A stretch of 64,000 bases of DNA, taken from positions 3,472,001 through 3,536,000 of the forward strand of contig NC_090404.1 of assembly GCF_036365525.1 (NCBI RefSeq), read 5' to 3'. Positions 25,901 to 39,480 of this stretch are shown piece by piece. This DNA comes from Heterodontus francisci (Eukaryota). Made by a program: the position numbers and the translations under genes. Position 1 is the first letter of the stretch; the number at the start of each line of letters is the position of its first letter. The notes below the pieces were generated by a model, which was given only the letters and a program-made list of their open reading frames with translations, did not search any database and had not been told where the DNA came from.

Positions 25901-27630
25901 TCTAAGTACTGCCGTGATGTCCTCCCTAATCAATAGTGCAACTCCCCCTCCTCTCTTACCTCCAGCTCTGTCACATCAGAAGGATCGGTACCCCAGAACA
26001 TTGAGCTGCCAGTCCTGCCCATCTCTCAACCACGTTTCCGTAATAGCTATAATATCACAATTCTATGCACCGATCCATGCTCTGAGTTTATCTGCCTTAC
26101 CTGTAAGGCTTCTTGCATTAAAGTAAATGCAGTTTAACCTACCACACCGTCCATGTTCCCTGTCCTGCCCCTGCCCGGCCTGCCTACTGGACTTGCTTGC
26201 TTTAACTTCTACATTTGCCTCAACTATCTCATCTGAGAGACCATTACTTTGGGTCCTACCCCCCCCCCCCTGAAAGACTAGTTTAAACCCTCCCGAGTAG
26301 TACTAGCAAACCTCCCCGCAAGGATATTCGTCCCCCTCCAGTTTAGATGCAACCCGTCCCTCTTGTACAGATCACCTCCGCACCAGAATAGATGATCCAA
26401 GTAGCTGAAGCCCTCCCGCCTACACCAGCTCTTTAGCCATGCATTCGTTTACCTAATCCTCCTATTCCTACCCTCACTAGCACGTGGCACAGGGAGTAAT
26501 CCTGAGATTACAACCGTCAAGGTCCTTCTTTTTAACCTTCTGCCTAACTCCCTCTATTCATTTTGCAAGACCTCGTCTCTTTTCCTGCCTATGTCGTTAG
26601 TACCAATATGAACCACGACCTCTGGCTGCTCACCCTTCCCTTTCAGAATGTCCTGCAGACATCCGAGAGATCCTTGATCCTAGCACCAGCGAGGCAACAT
26701 ACCATCCTGGAGTCTTGTTTGTGGCCACAGAAACGCCTATCTGTACCCCTTACGATAGAATCCCCTATCACTATAGCTCTTCCAACTCTTTTCCTCCCCT
26801 GCTGTGCAGCACAGCCCTCCATGGTGCCACGAACCTGGCTGTTGTTGCTTTCCCCTGGCAGGTCAACCAAACCCCACCCCCCCCCCCCCCACGCCGCCCC
26901 CCCGCCCCCGCCACCCAACTGTATCCAAAGCAGTATATCTGTTTTAGAGGGGGATGGCCACAGGGACTACGTGCCTGTGCCTACTACTCCTTCTGGTGGT
27001 CACCCATCTCTTTTCTGCCTGTGCAGCCATTACCTGCGGTGTGACCACTTAGTAAACATGCTATCCACGACGTCCTCAACATAGCAGAAGCTCCACAGTG
27101 AATCCACCCTCAGTTCCAGCTCCGTAATGCGGGTAGCCAGTAGCTGCAGCTGGATACACTTCCTGCGCACATGGTCATCAGTGATCCCTGATTTCCCACA
27201 TCGTGCAGGAGGAGCATATCACAAGGCTGAGCTCTCTTGTCATGACTTACCCTTAGGTTAATTAGTTACTCCCTTAATTAAAAATTACTAATTATACTAG
27301 GGGCCTTGTTCTACCCACTTCAATCTAAAGTCCTTAAAAAACATTTTAGTAGTACTCACCTTATGACCAGAGAATCTTTTTTCCAACAAAAAAAACAACT
27401 TTCCCCTTTTGTTTCAGATATACTAACAGCTGCTACTAACTGCAATCACCTTGCAGCTCTCCTCTGACGTCACTGTTTGCTTTTTTTTCAAAACTCCGGC
27501 GATGTTGGAAGAGCTCTGCTCCTCTCGCGGAAGGTAAGAGACTGGGCCTCGATCCTCGGGGTCGATATCTTGGCTCTGCTCCCGGCATTTTCCCCACAGG
27601 TCCGCGCCTGTCCGCTCCGCTCCACTCCCG
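22912..27630 (-). mobile_element. Near full-length CR1 LINE (ORF1 zinc finger/esterase plus ORF2 APE-RT), inactivated
   Basis: IVIGDSIVRGTD (ORF1), VGDFNFP, MDFSKAFDKVPH, LQGSVLG, KFADD, ERRRLRGD; (CTATGACT)n tail; GC-rich 5' UTR. Confidence 0.92.
25212..25569 (-). mobile_element. HE1-like V-SINE nested in CR1
   Basis: Reverse complement of the 9506-9852 family; (CTAAA)n tail. Confidence 0.9.
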
Positions 27631-27659
27631 TTGCAACTCAAGACTAAATGCATGATAAA

Positions 27660-29660
27660 CAGCGAAAGCAGCTACAATAAACAGAGCTAAGGAACATGCG
27701 AAGGAGGTTCAATGATATCCCCGCTGCAATGATTGACGGAGACCAGCGCATTAGTGCAATCAGCAAGACTGAATCACTGGCAGCCATAATTAGTCAGATC
27801 AGCCGAGTCGATTCCCACCATCAGAGATGGCAGTCTTCAGCTAGTGTGATTCAGCTAGTTTGATGGGGACAGTGTAGAGGGAGCTTTACTCTGTATCTAA
27901 CCATGTCTTTTTAAATTTTTTTAAATTTATTTTTTTATTTTACAGTGTAGAAGGAGATTTACTCTGCCTCTGACCCGTTTTCTTATGGGGACAGTGGAGA
28001 GGGAGCTTTACTCTGTGTCTAACCGCGTTTTTTTCCCGTGTTTTTTCTTTTTGTCCTGGGAGTGTTTGATAGGGACAGTGTGGAGGGAGCATTACTCTGT
28101 GTCTAACCCCGTGCTGTACCTTTCCTGGGAGTGTTTGATGGGAACAGTGTGGAGGGAGCATTACTCTGTGTCTAACCCCGTGCTGTACCTTTCCTGGGAG
28201 TGTTTGATGGGAACAGTGTAAAGGGAGCAGCTCGACATACAACACACAGCAAAGGTTACGAGTCCATACAACATTCCGGCTGTAATGCGGAAAACCTATG
28301 CTCAGGAACTAGTCGCACCTCAAGCAAAATTGTCACGGCAACTCTACACGATCGGTATTTACCCAACAAATTGGAAAACTACCCACAAAAAGTGGAGAAA
28401 GTGAAACTGGCCAATTACTCTCCGTCAGTCAAATCTCAGTCTTCGGCAAAGTGACAGAAGGATTTGTCGACAGTGCTATCGAGTGACACTTACTCACCTA
28501 TAACCTGTTCAGCAATGCTAGTTTGGGTTCTGCTGGAATCATTCAACTCCAGATTTCATTGCAGCTTTGCTACGAACAAGGGCATAGGAGTTGAATTGCA
28601 GAGGTGGAGTGAAAGGGCCGACCCCCGATGTTAAGGAAGGATTTGATGTTGTGTGCCGCCAAAAGAGTTTTTGTAAAGCTGAAGTCAGTGGGGTTCAGGG
28701 AGAAAACTCGCCACTGGCTGTAATTATACCAAGCACAAAGGAAGACGGTTGTAGTTGTTGGCAGCCAATCATCTCACCTCCCAAGACATCACTTCAGGAG
28801 CAGCTCGGAGCAGTGTAATAGGCCCAACTATCGTTAGTTGCTTCATAGATGGTCTTCCCTCCATTCTTAGTGGGGATGTTGTAGTCGCCTGCATGCAATG
28901 CGACCTTCACAACGTTCACGTTGGACTGATAAGTGGGAAATGACATTCACGCCATACAATGGCAAGCAATTATAACTCCACAAGAGAGGGCCTAAACATC
29001 GCCCTTTGACATTCAACGACATTTCCATTGCTAAGCCTTTTACCATCAACATACATGAGGTCATCATTGACCAGAATTGTAGCGGGACCAGCTACATGAC
29101 TGATATGTCTATTGCAGTATATCAGATGCAAGGCATTCTTTTGCATGTATCTCACATTCTGACGTCCCCAAAGCCTCGCCACCAACTACAAAGCACAGGT
29201 CAGGAGTATGATACAATACTTTCTGCTTGTTTGCAGTTGTTCAGCTCTAACAATATCCAGGAAATTCGACACCATCAGGGAAAAAGCAGTCCGCCTGATC
29301 AAGACCCCATCCATTCTCTGCAGCTGGAGCGCACTATGGCGATGACGTTTACCATTCACTGTATGCTCTGCATCCTCAACAGCTCCTTCGAAATCTAATA
29401 CTCCTGCAACCGAGAAGAACAAGGACAACAGGCGCATGGGAAAAATATCACCTGCAAATTTTTCCTCTGGGGCGGCACATGTTTCTGACGTCATCGTCAC
29501 TGTTTCCAATTCCAATAGTTCCCGATTTAACAGTACTGTGGGCGTACGTTCACCACGCAGACTGCAGCAGTTCAAGCAGAAGGAACTGCAATACCTTATA
29601 AAGGTCAACACGGGATGGCAAATACATCAGGATCTTTAAAAAGACACTTACATACAGAGA
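27660..29660 (+). mobile_element. Old, highly degraded L2/Crack-like LINE, interrupted by a tandem repeat
   Basis: Colinear remnants such as SVIGPTIVSCFIDGLPS and TFNDISIA. Confidence 0.7.
27858..28228 (+). repeat. 69-bp tandem repeat (about 3 good units plus partials)
   Basis: CCTGGG recurs at 28055, 28124 and 28193; unit GGGAGTGTTTGATGGGAACAGTGTGGAGGGAGCATTACTCTGTGTCTAACCCCGTGCTGTACC. Confidence 0.85.
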
Positions 29661-30059
29661 ATTAATTAACGTAATACTCTTTCCTGGCGCACTCTATCAT
29701 TGTGTACTTGCCTGCACTGGCATTTCTCAGCAACCTCCTCCCACTCCTAATCTTTAGGGGTTTTTTTGCACTCTTTTCCCATCCCCTCTATGACTCTTGT
29801 CTAGGTTCAAATTTTTGTGCTCTCTCCCCGTGCTCCCCGTGCACCTTGCCTGTGCCTAGTTTGCCCTGGTTTATGGGTTCAGGTTTTTACCCGCTCTCCT
29901 CGTGCTGTGCATCATGTGTCAGTGTCATACTAGCACTGCAGGGGGCCTGGGACAGACGCAGTGAGGCAGAGCACAATGAAAGGGTGCAGGGTATTGGGCA
30001 GCTAGATATAGTTTTCAGAAGTAGAAAAGAAGTGCACAGAGGACTGAGAAAGGCACTTA

Positions 30060-30785
30060 GATTTAGTTATGATAATTATGTAGGAGAATAGAAAATGCAA
30101 TGGTGTCTACGTTAGTTTTGGAGTGCACGTGTGTAAAACCACGAAATGCTGTTAACAAAGTTAAGAAGCTGCATGTGCAAATAGAAACGTAGGAATATGA
30201 TGGAGTGAAGGATGGAAGGCTTAATATTCTTGGGTACATCGTATTCAGGAAAGATAGGGATGGACAAAGTGAGGGTGGGTAACAGTTTTGATGAAAGAAA
30301 ATATTACAGTGCCAGAAAGAGACACTGTCTTTGAGAGTTCAGAGACAGAATTAATTTAGTAGGAGTTAAGAAATATTCGAGGATCCATTTCGCTTCTTGA
30401 TGTATTTATCGACCACGAGATAGTGGGAAGGTGACGGTGGTGCATTAACGATGGAGTAGTGATAATAGCAGTAATAAATCGGACAGTGATTGTCTAAGGC
30501 CAGAGAAAGGAAGAAATGTCCAATTTGTGTTCAGGAAATGTTTCTTGATCAGTATGTTTCCTGCCCAACAAGGGGGGAGAGATTGCTGGATTTAGGCCTG
30601 GGGAAAGAAGAACTCTGTTACGCAGCGAGTGTTTAGGATCTGGAATGCACTGACTGAAAGGATGGTGGAGGCAGATTCAGTCGTGGCTTTCAAAATCAAA
30701 ATGGACATGCACGTGAAGGGAATAAAATTGCAGGGCTATGGGCAAAGAGCGAGGGAGCGGAACTAACTAAATCGCTTTCCACTCA
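30060..30785 (+). mobile_element. Degraded CR1 fragments (APE region and 3' end)
   Basis: Remnants resembling LNILGY..FRKDR and QRVFRIWNAL. Confidence 0.6.
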
Positions 30786-31229
30786 ACCTGAAGTAAGACC
30801 CGCTGAGAGAGCTAGTGAGTAAAAGACAGGGAGACAAAACCAGAGAAAGCGATGCAGAGAGGCAAAACAGAGAGAGGGAGACACGCACACATACGTACAG
30901 AAATAGAGAGAAGGAAAGACACACAGACAAATGGAAAAACCAGAGGGACACTGACAGAGAGAAACAGAGCTAGAGAAAAGCAGATGACACAGTGTCCTGT
31001 ATATCGAAATAGAAAGAGAGTGTGTCAGCAAGGAATAGAAGGAGACAAAGAGAGGTTCAGACATAAAGATGTGGGAGTTATTCTGAAAGACTGACAGGAG
31101 AGAGAGAATCACATATAGATAACAACTGTCGAATGCTTTAAACGTTATGCACATATCACATATCTGGAGAGGTTCCAAGCGGTTACACGTTGTGTGGAGT
31201 CCGGATGTCACATTTAAAAGGCAGGGAGA

Positions 31230-31268
31230 GCTTGTTGTATGGGTTTCTCGTGGTCTGGTAACATTGTG
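31230..31268 (-). promoter_or_regulatory. 23-RSS of V pseudogene
   Basis: Minus strand CACAATG + 23 nt (TTACCAGACCACGAGAAACCCAT) + ACAACAAGC. Confidence 0.75.
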
Positions 31269-31533
31269 TGTCCGAGAACATGCTTTCAGTAGTGCTTCCC
31301 AAAGGCAGTTAGAGTAGTCAGGAGCTCTTTGTTTTTGCAGTAGATATTGCGGGTTCTCTTCTGGGCGGTGAATTTACCAGAAATAAAAGGATGAGGATGT
31401 GATGCCGAATAATTACAGTTTAAAGACACACTGCCCCAGTCTCTCACCAGGACGCCAGTAGGTCCTAAAACACGGATCCCATTTTCTCACTGGACTGAAT
31501 AAGGAGCATAAATATTGGAGTCAAAGGCAGCAT
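31269..31533 (-). pseudogene. TCR alpha/delta-type V pseudogene (not in the ORF track as a V)
   Basis: Pieced translation MLPLTPIFMLLIQSSEKMGSVF*/GPTGVLVRDWGSVSLNCNYSAS/SSFYFW*IHRPEENPQYLLQKQRAPDYSN...GKHY*; frameshifts, stops and FR3 deletion; TATAAA at 31571-31576; followed by a 23-RSS. Confidence 0.75.
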
Positions 31534-32424
31534 GTTATCAACAACAGAGGCTGCAGTCCACAGCAGCAACTTTATAAACCTGGTATCACACGACATTGAC
31601 ACACCTACCCTCAACGTGAACAGGGAAGTTACGTGAGGCAACCACCTGCCGGGTGGACAGGAATAGACATTTCTGTGACCCATGAGCGAAAACGGCAGCT
31701 TCGATCATAGACTGAAATGGTTTGTGATATTCAACACGTTTATCCTGCTTGGTGTTAACCGTGGCTTGGTGGCTAATGTTCCCACGTCAGAGTCAGGAGA
31801 TGTTGAGCCCAAGTCTGAATTCAGAGACTTGAGCGCAAAAGTGTAGCCCGATGCTCCAGTACAGTACAGAGGAAGTGCTGCACAGTCAGAGTTGCCGTCT
31901 TCGAGACAAAGTGCTAAAATGAAACACGGCCCTGCCTATCCTTTCACAGAACGAATCGCAGGTAGAGGATCAATGGAATGTTCCCTGGTGCCCTGGCCAA
32001 CGTTTTTCCTTAACTGAAATTGTTTACCTGGTCATCATCACCTTGTTGCCTGTGAGAGATTGCTTTGCTTTTCCTACATTACAACAGCGAATACATTTCA
32101 AAAACTTCATTGGCTGTAAAATACTTTGAAACATCCTGATGTCATGGAAGGTGCTATAAAATGCAACTCTTTTCATTATTGTTTGTGAGAGTTAGATCGG
32201 GCAAATCGAGTCAGAAGAGAGCACTTAACGCGTTCTACTGATTACAGTGTGAACCGTTATGTTTTAGGCAAAGTCAGAACTTTCTGTATATTTCCCCATC
32301 TTTTTGCATCTCTTTGTTTCGCTGTGTAGCTTTCTATGCCCATATCTCCGTATATCTGTCCCTCGCTGTCTCTTTATCTCTCTCTCGCTCTCTCTCGGTC
32401 TGTCTCTTTTGCTGACCGTTTTTT

Positions 32425-33080
32425 TGATCACTCGTGGGACGTGGGTGTTGCTGACAAAGCCATAATTTATTCCCCATTCCTAATTGCCCTTGAGAAGCTG
32501 GTGATGAGCTGCCTTCTTGAACCGATACACTTCATGAGATGGTGGTACATCTACACCTATTAGAGAGTGTGTTCCAGGATTTTGACCCAGCCACAATGAA
32601 GGACCCAGTGATATATTTCCAAATCATGATAGTATATGACTTGGAGGTGAACTTGTAGGTGGTAGTGTTCCCATGCAGCTTTTACCATATCCTTCCAGGT
32701 GGTAAAGGCTGCAGTTTTGGCATTTTCTGCTGAAAGAGCCTTGGCGATTTGTTGCAGTGAATCATGTAGATGGTACTCAGTCTGCCCCTGTGAACCGTTG
32801 ACAGAGGGAGTTAATGCTAAAGGTTGTGGTTGGAGTGCCAATTAAGGCTTTTAGGTTGAGGAAAGTCTTTTTGAAATCAAGAGATCAGTTATGCACTGCA
32901 GAATACCAAGCCTCTGACCTGCTCTTGCAGCTGCAGTATTTATATGGTTGGACCAGTTAGGTTTCTGGACCTTGGTAACCCCCAGAATGTTGATGGTGAG
33001 GGATTCGGTAATGGTAATGCCATTGAATATCAAGTGGCTGTAGTTTGTCTGTCTGTTGTTGGATATGGTAATTGCCTGAA
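32425..33080 (-). mobile_element. L2/Crack-like LINE 3' fragment
   Basis: ORF 32851-33105 (FNGITITES, INILGV, AGQRLGIL) and family 3' end. Confidence 0.8.
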
Positions 33081-33184
33081 GTAGATGTTTTAATAATGAA
33101 GGCAACGGTTGCGATCAGCAATGTCTGAATTCAGCGTTGAGTCCGGAAGGCTGTAAAAGTGCTCAGAAGCTGTATCATATATTT

Positions 33185-33200
33185 GCCAGCAGAGGGCAGT
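33185..33200 (+). promoter_or_regulatory. CTCF-like motif
   Basis: GCCAGCAGAGGGCAGT, full match to CCASYAGRKGGCRS; motif match only. Confidence 0.5.
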
Positions 33201-33399
33201 GGGAGGATGATTTCCCTGGAAGAAAACAGCGAAATACTGCCGATGCTGGAAATCTAAAATAAAAACCGAAAGGGCTCGAAACTCTCAGCAGGTCTGGCAT
33301 TATATGTGGAGAGAGAAACGGAGTTGATTGTTCCAATCCGGTATGACCTGCTGACCATTTGCAAAATTGTCTGTTTATATTTCATATTATATATTATCA

Positions 33400-34259
33400 T
33401 TTTTGTTCGTTCCTGTGATGTGGACGTCGCAGGCTAAGCCAGCCTTTATTGTCGATCCTTAATGGACCTTGAGAAGATGGTGGTGCGCTGCCTTCTTGAA
33501 CTGCTGCAGTCCATGTGGGGTAGGTACACCTATAGTGCTGTTAGGAAGGGAGTTCAAGGATTTTGACTGAGACAGTGAAGGAACAGCAGTATAGTTCCAA
33601 GTCAGGATGGTGTGTGGCTTGGAGGGGAATTTTCAGGTAGGGGTGTTTCCATGCATTTGCTGCCCTTGTCCTTCTAGATGGCAGAGGTTTGGAAGGTATT
33701 GTCTAAGGAGCCGTGGTGCGTTGCTGCAGTGCATCTTGTAGATGGTACACACCGCTGCCAATGTGCGTCGGTGGTGGAGGGAGTGAATGTTTGTGGATTG
33801 GGTTGCAATCAAGTGGGCTGATTTGTCCTGGATGGTGTCGAGCTTCTTGAGTGTTGTTGGAGCTGCACCCATCCAGGCAAGAGGAGAGTATTCCCTCACG
33901 TTCCTGACTTGTGCTTTGTAGATGATGGACAGGCTTTGGGGAGTCAGGAGGTGAGTTACTCGCCGCAGAATTCCTAGCCTCTGACCTGCTCTTGTATCCA
34001 TGGTATTTATGTGGCTACTCCAGTTCAGCTTCTGGTCAATGGCAACCCCCAGGATGTTGACTGTGGGAGATTCAGCGATGTTAATGCTATTGAATGTCAA
34101 GGGGAGATGGTTAGATTCTCTCTTGTTGGAGATGGTCATTGCCTGGCACTTGTGTGGCGCGAATGCTACTTGCATTCAGCCAAAGCCTGGATATTTCTAC
34201 ATGGACTGCTTCAGTATCTGCGGACTCGCGAATGGTGCTGAACATTGTGCAATTATCAA
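33400..34259 (-). mobile_element. L2/Crack-like LINE 3' fragment, 5'-truncated
   Basis: ORF 33633-34175 matches the C-terminus of 16713-17819. Confidence 0.88.
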
Positions 34260-35016
34260 CTGTCGAAGTAACAAAATAAGCTGAATCTCAGGATTGACCC
34301 ACCCCCTCACACTCAGTGTTTCTCACTAACACCAGCTCACACCGTCTCTGAGCTCACACTCTGTCTGATGATGTCTGATCATCTGTTTGTTGATCGCATT
34401 GTATTGTTTTCAATGCTGTGGAGAATTTATGAGTGAGCACATTGTTCATTAACTTAATGAAAGGTGATTAAGGAAACAGATTCAGAAATAGAGGCATTAC
34501 TTTGAAGTTGATGAAAAGACGTCACAGTTCATTATTTTTTTATTATGGTTGTCATGGTTATTTAACTGTTGCCATGTTGTAGATACTAACATGAAAAGTT
34601 TACGTGCCATCCATTTGGTGAACGATATCGGTTCAAACTTTACAAATGACGTTATGGGACTGATATGAGGAAATTACCCTTCACACGCAGTGAGTGATCA
34701 ATGTGCAGAACAGTTTCATTCAGAATGGAGGAGATAAGTACACTGGATTCTTGCATGCTACAATAGAAGGCGAGAGTTAGCATCACTCAGAATAATAGAG
34801 CCATGCCAGGAAGGAGGAAAGGTTTTTCTCATTTGTAGCTATCTTTTAACTTACACTGAAGCGGGAATTGGCAGCAGTTACTACACCACACAATTACCAG
34901 TATTCGCTGCAAGAGAATCAGTGAGAAACATTAAATGTGCATTCAGAGAGAGAGTGTGAGCTCAGAGACATTGTGAGCTCATGGCGCTATGAGCTCAGAT
35001 TCAATGTGATCTCAGA

Positions 35017-35275
35017 ACCATAGAAGCATAGAAAACTTACAGCACAGAAGGAGACCATTCGGCCCATCGTGCCGGCGCCGGCCGAAAAACTAGCCCCCCA
35101 ATCTAATTTCACCTTCCAGCACCTGGGCCATAGCCTTGCCAGTTACTGCACTTCAGGTGCATGTCCAGGTATGTTTTAAAAGAATTGAGCATTTCTGCCT
35201 CCACCACTGTTCCTGGCAGTAAATTCCAGACACCCACCACCCTCTGGATGAAAACGTTTGCCCTCATCACAGAAT
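35017..35275 (-). mobile_element. CR1 3' end fragment
   Basis: FIQRVVGVWNLLP and CTATG-type tail. Confidence 0.8.
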
Positions 35276-35276
35276 C

Positions 35277-38200
35277 ACAGAATAATTCAGTGCAGAAGAG
35301 GCCCTTCGGCCCATCAAGTCTGCACCGATGCATTAAAGACACCTGACCTCTCTACCTAATCCCATTTGCCAGCACTTGACCCATAGCCTTGAATGTTATG
35401 ACGTGCCAAATGCTCATCCAGGTACTTTTTAAAGGATGTGAGGCAACCCACCTCTACCACCCTCCCAGGCAGGGCATTCCCGACCATCACCACCCTCTGG
35501 GTAAAAAAGTTCTTCCTCAAATCCCCCTTAAACCTCCTGCCCTCACCTTAAACTTGTGACCCTCGTAACTGACCCTTCAACTAAGGGGAACAGCTGCTCC
35601 CTATCCACCCTGTCCATGCCCCTCATAATCTTGTACACCTTGATCAGGTCACCCCTCAGTCTTCTCTGCTCCAGCGAAAACAACCCAAGCCTATCCAACC
35701 TCTCTTCATAGCTTAAAAGTTCCATCCCAGGCAACATTCTGGTGAATCGCCTTTGCACTCCCTCCATTGCAATCACATCCTTCCTATAATGTGCTGACCA
35801 GAATTGCACACAGTACTCCAGCAGTGGCCTTACCAAAGTTCTATACAACTCCAACATGACCTCTCTGCTTTTGTAATCTATACCTCGATTGATAAAGGCA
35901 AGTGTCCCATATGCCTTTTTCACAACCCTATTAACCTGCTCTTCTGCCTTCAGAGATCTATGGACAAACACGCCAAGGTCCCTTTGTTCCTCGGAACTTC
36001 CCAGTGTCAGGCCATTCATTGAATACTTCCGTGTCACATTACTCCTTCAAAAGTGTATCACCTCACACCTTTCAGGGTTAAATTCCATCTGCCACTTTTC
36101 TGCCCATTTGACCATCCCATCTGTATCTTCCTGTAACCTGAGACACTCAACCTCACTGTTAACCACTCGGCCAATCTTTGTGTCATCCGCGAACTTATTG
36201 ATCCTACCCCCCACATAGTCATCTGTGTCGTTTATATAAATGACAAACAATAGGGGACTCAGTACAAATCCCTGTGGTACGCCACTGGACATTGGCTTCC
36301 AGTCACTAAATCAGACGTCTGTCATCACTCTCTGACTCCTACAGCTAAGCCAATTTTGAATCCACCTTATCAAGTTACCCTGTATCCCATGTGCATTTGC
36401 TTTCTTGATAAGTCTCCCATGTGGGACCGTGTCCAAGGCTTTGCTGCAATCCATGTAAACTATAACAACAACACTACCCTCATCGACACACCTGGTCACA
36501 TGCTCAAAAAAATAAATCAAATTTGTTTGGCATGACCTCCCTCTGACAAAGCCATGCTGACTATTCCTAATCAAATTTTGCCTCTCCAAGTGGAGATAGC
36601 TTCTCTCCTTCAGAATTTTCTCCAATAGTTTCCCTACCACTGACATGAGACGCACTGGTCTATAGTTCCCTGGCTTATCTCTACAACCTTTCTTAAATAG
36701 TGGGACCACATTAGCTGCTCTCCAGTCCTCTGGCACCTCCCCCGTGGTGAGAGAGGAATTAAAAATTAGGGTCAGTGCCCCTGCAATCTCCACCCTCGCC
36801 TCCCACAGCATCCTGGGACACAAATCGTCCAGACTTGGAGATTTGTCTACTTTTAAGCCTGCCAAAACCTCCAATACCTTGTCACTCCCTATGACAATTT
36901 TCTCAAGAACCTCACAGTCTCTCTGTTTGAGTTCCATATCTACATCCTCATTCTCTTGGGTGAAGATAGATGTGAAGTATTCATTCAACATCCTACCAAT
37001 ATCCTCTGGCTCCACCCACAGATTTCTCCCTTGGTCCCTAATGGGTCCTACTCTTTCCCTGGTGATCCTCTTCCCATTGGTATACTTAAAGAACATCTTG
37101 GGATTTTCCCTACATTTACCAGCCAGAGCTTTCTCATTTCCCCTCTTTGCTCTCCTAATTGCTTTCTTATGCTCCATCCTACACTTTCTGTACTCCACTA
37201 ATGCTTCCGTTGATTTCCTCTCCTTATATTTGCTAAAAGCCTCTTTTTTCCTTCTCAGCGTATCCTGAAGGTTTCTGGTCATCCATGGTTCTCTGGGTTT
37301 GTTGCTCCTACCTGTTACCTTCGAGGGTAAATGTTGGACCTGTACCCTTCCCATTTCCTTTTTGAATGCCCCCCACTGCTCTTCTGTAGATTTCCCGACA
37401 AGTAACTCTTTCCAGTCTACCTTGGCCAGATCCTGCCTGATTTTACTAAAATTCACTCTCCCCCAATCTAAAACCTTTTTTTGCAACTTGTCTATCTCTT
37501 TCTCCTTAACAAGTTTAAATTGTATCATGTTGTGGTCGCTATCACCAAAAATGCACCCCCACCAACACATCAACCTCCTGTCCGGCTTCATTCCCCAGAA
37601 TTACGTCCAGCACTGCACCCTCCCTTGTTGGAACCTCTACATATTGAGCTAAAACGTTCTCCTGTATACATTTTAAGAACTCCACTCCATCTAAGCCCTT
37701 AACACGATGACTATCCCAATTATAGTTGGGTATGTTGAAATCACCTAATATAATTACCCTATTATTTTTGCACACCTCTGCAAATTGCGCACTTATTTAG
37801 ACCTCAATTTTCCGCTGACTATCGGGGTGTCTATAATAAATGCCTAGCAATGTGGCTGTCCCTTTTTTATTCCTAAACTCTAGCCATAAAGCTTCATTTG
37901 ATGCCCCCTCCAAGATATCATCTCTCCTTACTGCAGTAACTGACTCCTCAACTAATATCGCAATGCCCCTTCCTCTTTTACCCCCTCCTCTGTCTCGCCT
38001 GAAGATTCTATAGCCCGGGACATTGAGCTGCCAATCCTGCCCCTCCCTCAACCATGTTTCCGTGATGGCTACTATATCACAATTCCACGTGTCAATCCTT
38101 GCCCTTAACTCTTCCGTTTTACCTGTAGTACTCCTGGCATTAAAGTAGAGGCCATCGATCCTGGTCATACTCCCTTGAAACTTACTTCCGCTGTATTCCC

Positions 38201-39480
38201 TCTGACTTGTTTGCTTTCCTGTGTTTAGCTGTGTCCCTATACTGCTAGGAGTCTGTTCCCCTCCCCCTGCCAAATTAGTTTAAACTCCTCCCAAGAGCAC
38301 TAGCAAACCCACCAGCAAGGATGTTAGTCCCCCTCTGGTTCAGATGAAGACCGTCCCTCTTGTACAGATCCCACCTTCCCCAGAAATGGTCCCAGTGGTC
38401 CAGGAATCTAAAACCCTCCCTCCTGCACCAATTCTTAAGCCACGCATTCATTCTCCTATTTCTATACACGCTAGCACGTGGCACTGGGAGTAATCCAGAG
38501 ATTACAACCCGAGAGTTGCTGCTTTTTAGTCTGATGCATAACTCCCTGAATTCTTGATGCAAGACCTCATCCCTCTTTCTACCTATGTCATTGATACCAA
38601 CATGTACCCTGACCTCCGCCTTATCACCCTCCCCCTTCAGGATGCCCTGCAGCCGTGCAGTGACATCCCGGACCCTGGCACCAGGGAGGCAACACACCAT
38701 CCTGGAGTCACGTTGACGGCCACAGTAGCGCCTATCTGTTCCCCTGACTATAGAATCCCCTATTACTATTGTTCTTCCTCTCTTTCCCCTTCCTGTGCAG
38801 ACAGGCTGCTTGTGGTGCCCGAAGCTTGGCTCTGTTCACTCCTGGGAGGAACCAGCCTCATCAGCCTCCAAAATGGAATACCAATTTGCAAGCGGGACAT
38901 CTGGGGACTCCTGAACTACCTGCCTGATTTTCTTGGACTGCCTGGTGGTCACCCATTCCCTTCCTTCCTCAAGTCCCTTCTGCTGCGGTGTGACCACCTC
39001 TCTATACGTGCCATCCACGATGTTCTCAAACTCGCGGATGCTCCACACTGTTTCCAGCCGCCGTTCCAGCTCTGAAACCCGAGCTTCCAGGAGCTGCAGC
39101 TGGACACACTTCCTGCACACATGCTGGTCCCGGGGATTGGAAATGTTCCCAGATTCCCACATGCATCAAGAGGAGCAAACCACGGCGTTAAGCTCTCCTG
39201 CCATGACTAAACCCTTTAAATTTAAAACTTTAGAAGACTATTATAGTAAAAAATAAATCAACTAAGTCCTGCTAAAACAATGACTTACAATTCAATCCAG
39301 CTTGAAAAATACCCACCAGGACTTACTCACCAGTCAGCTGTGCTCTGTGGAAACTCTCAGCTCCCCTCACACTCTTTGAGGCCAGGTAGGAAATGAAAGG
39401 AGCTCCTCGCTCCCTCCTCACTGAACTCCCTCATTCACAAAACTCCTACTTTGGCACTCTAACCCAACCCACGTCAGCTC
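35277..39480 (-). mobile_element. Near full-length CR1 LINE, inactivated
   Basis: ORF1: CRKCVQLQLLE, VHVGINDI, DGLHLN (zinc finger, coiled coil, SGNH esterase); ORF2: YFNARS, GDFN, PGNYRPV, GVPQG, FADD. Confidence 0.92.

Noticed and set aside
30763-31211. Hydrophobic ORFs (also 41378-41950)
   Set aside because: Translations of GA/CT-rich low-complexity DNA, partly fused to CR1 sequence
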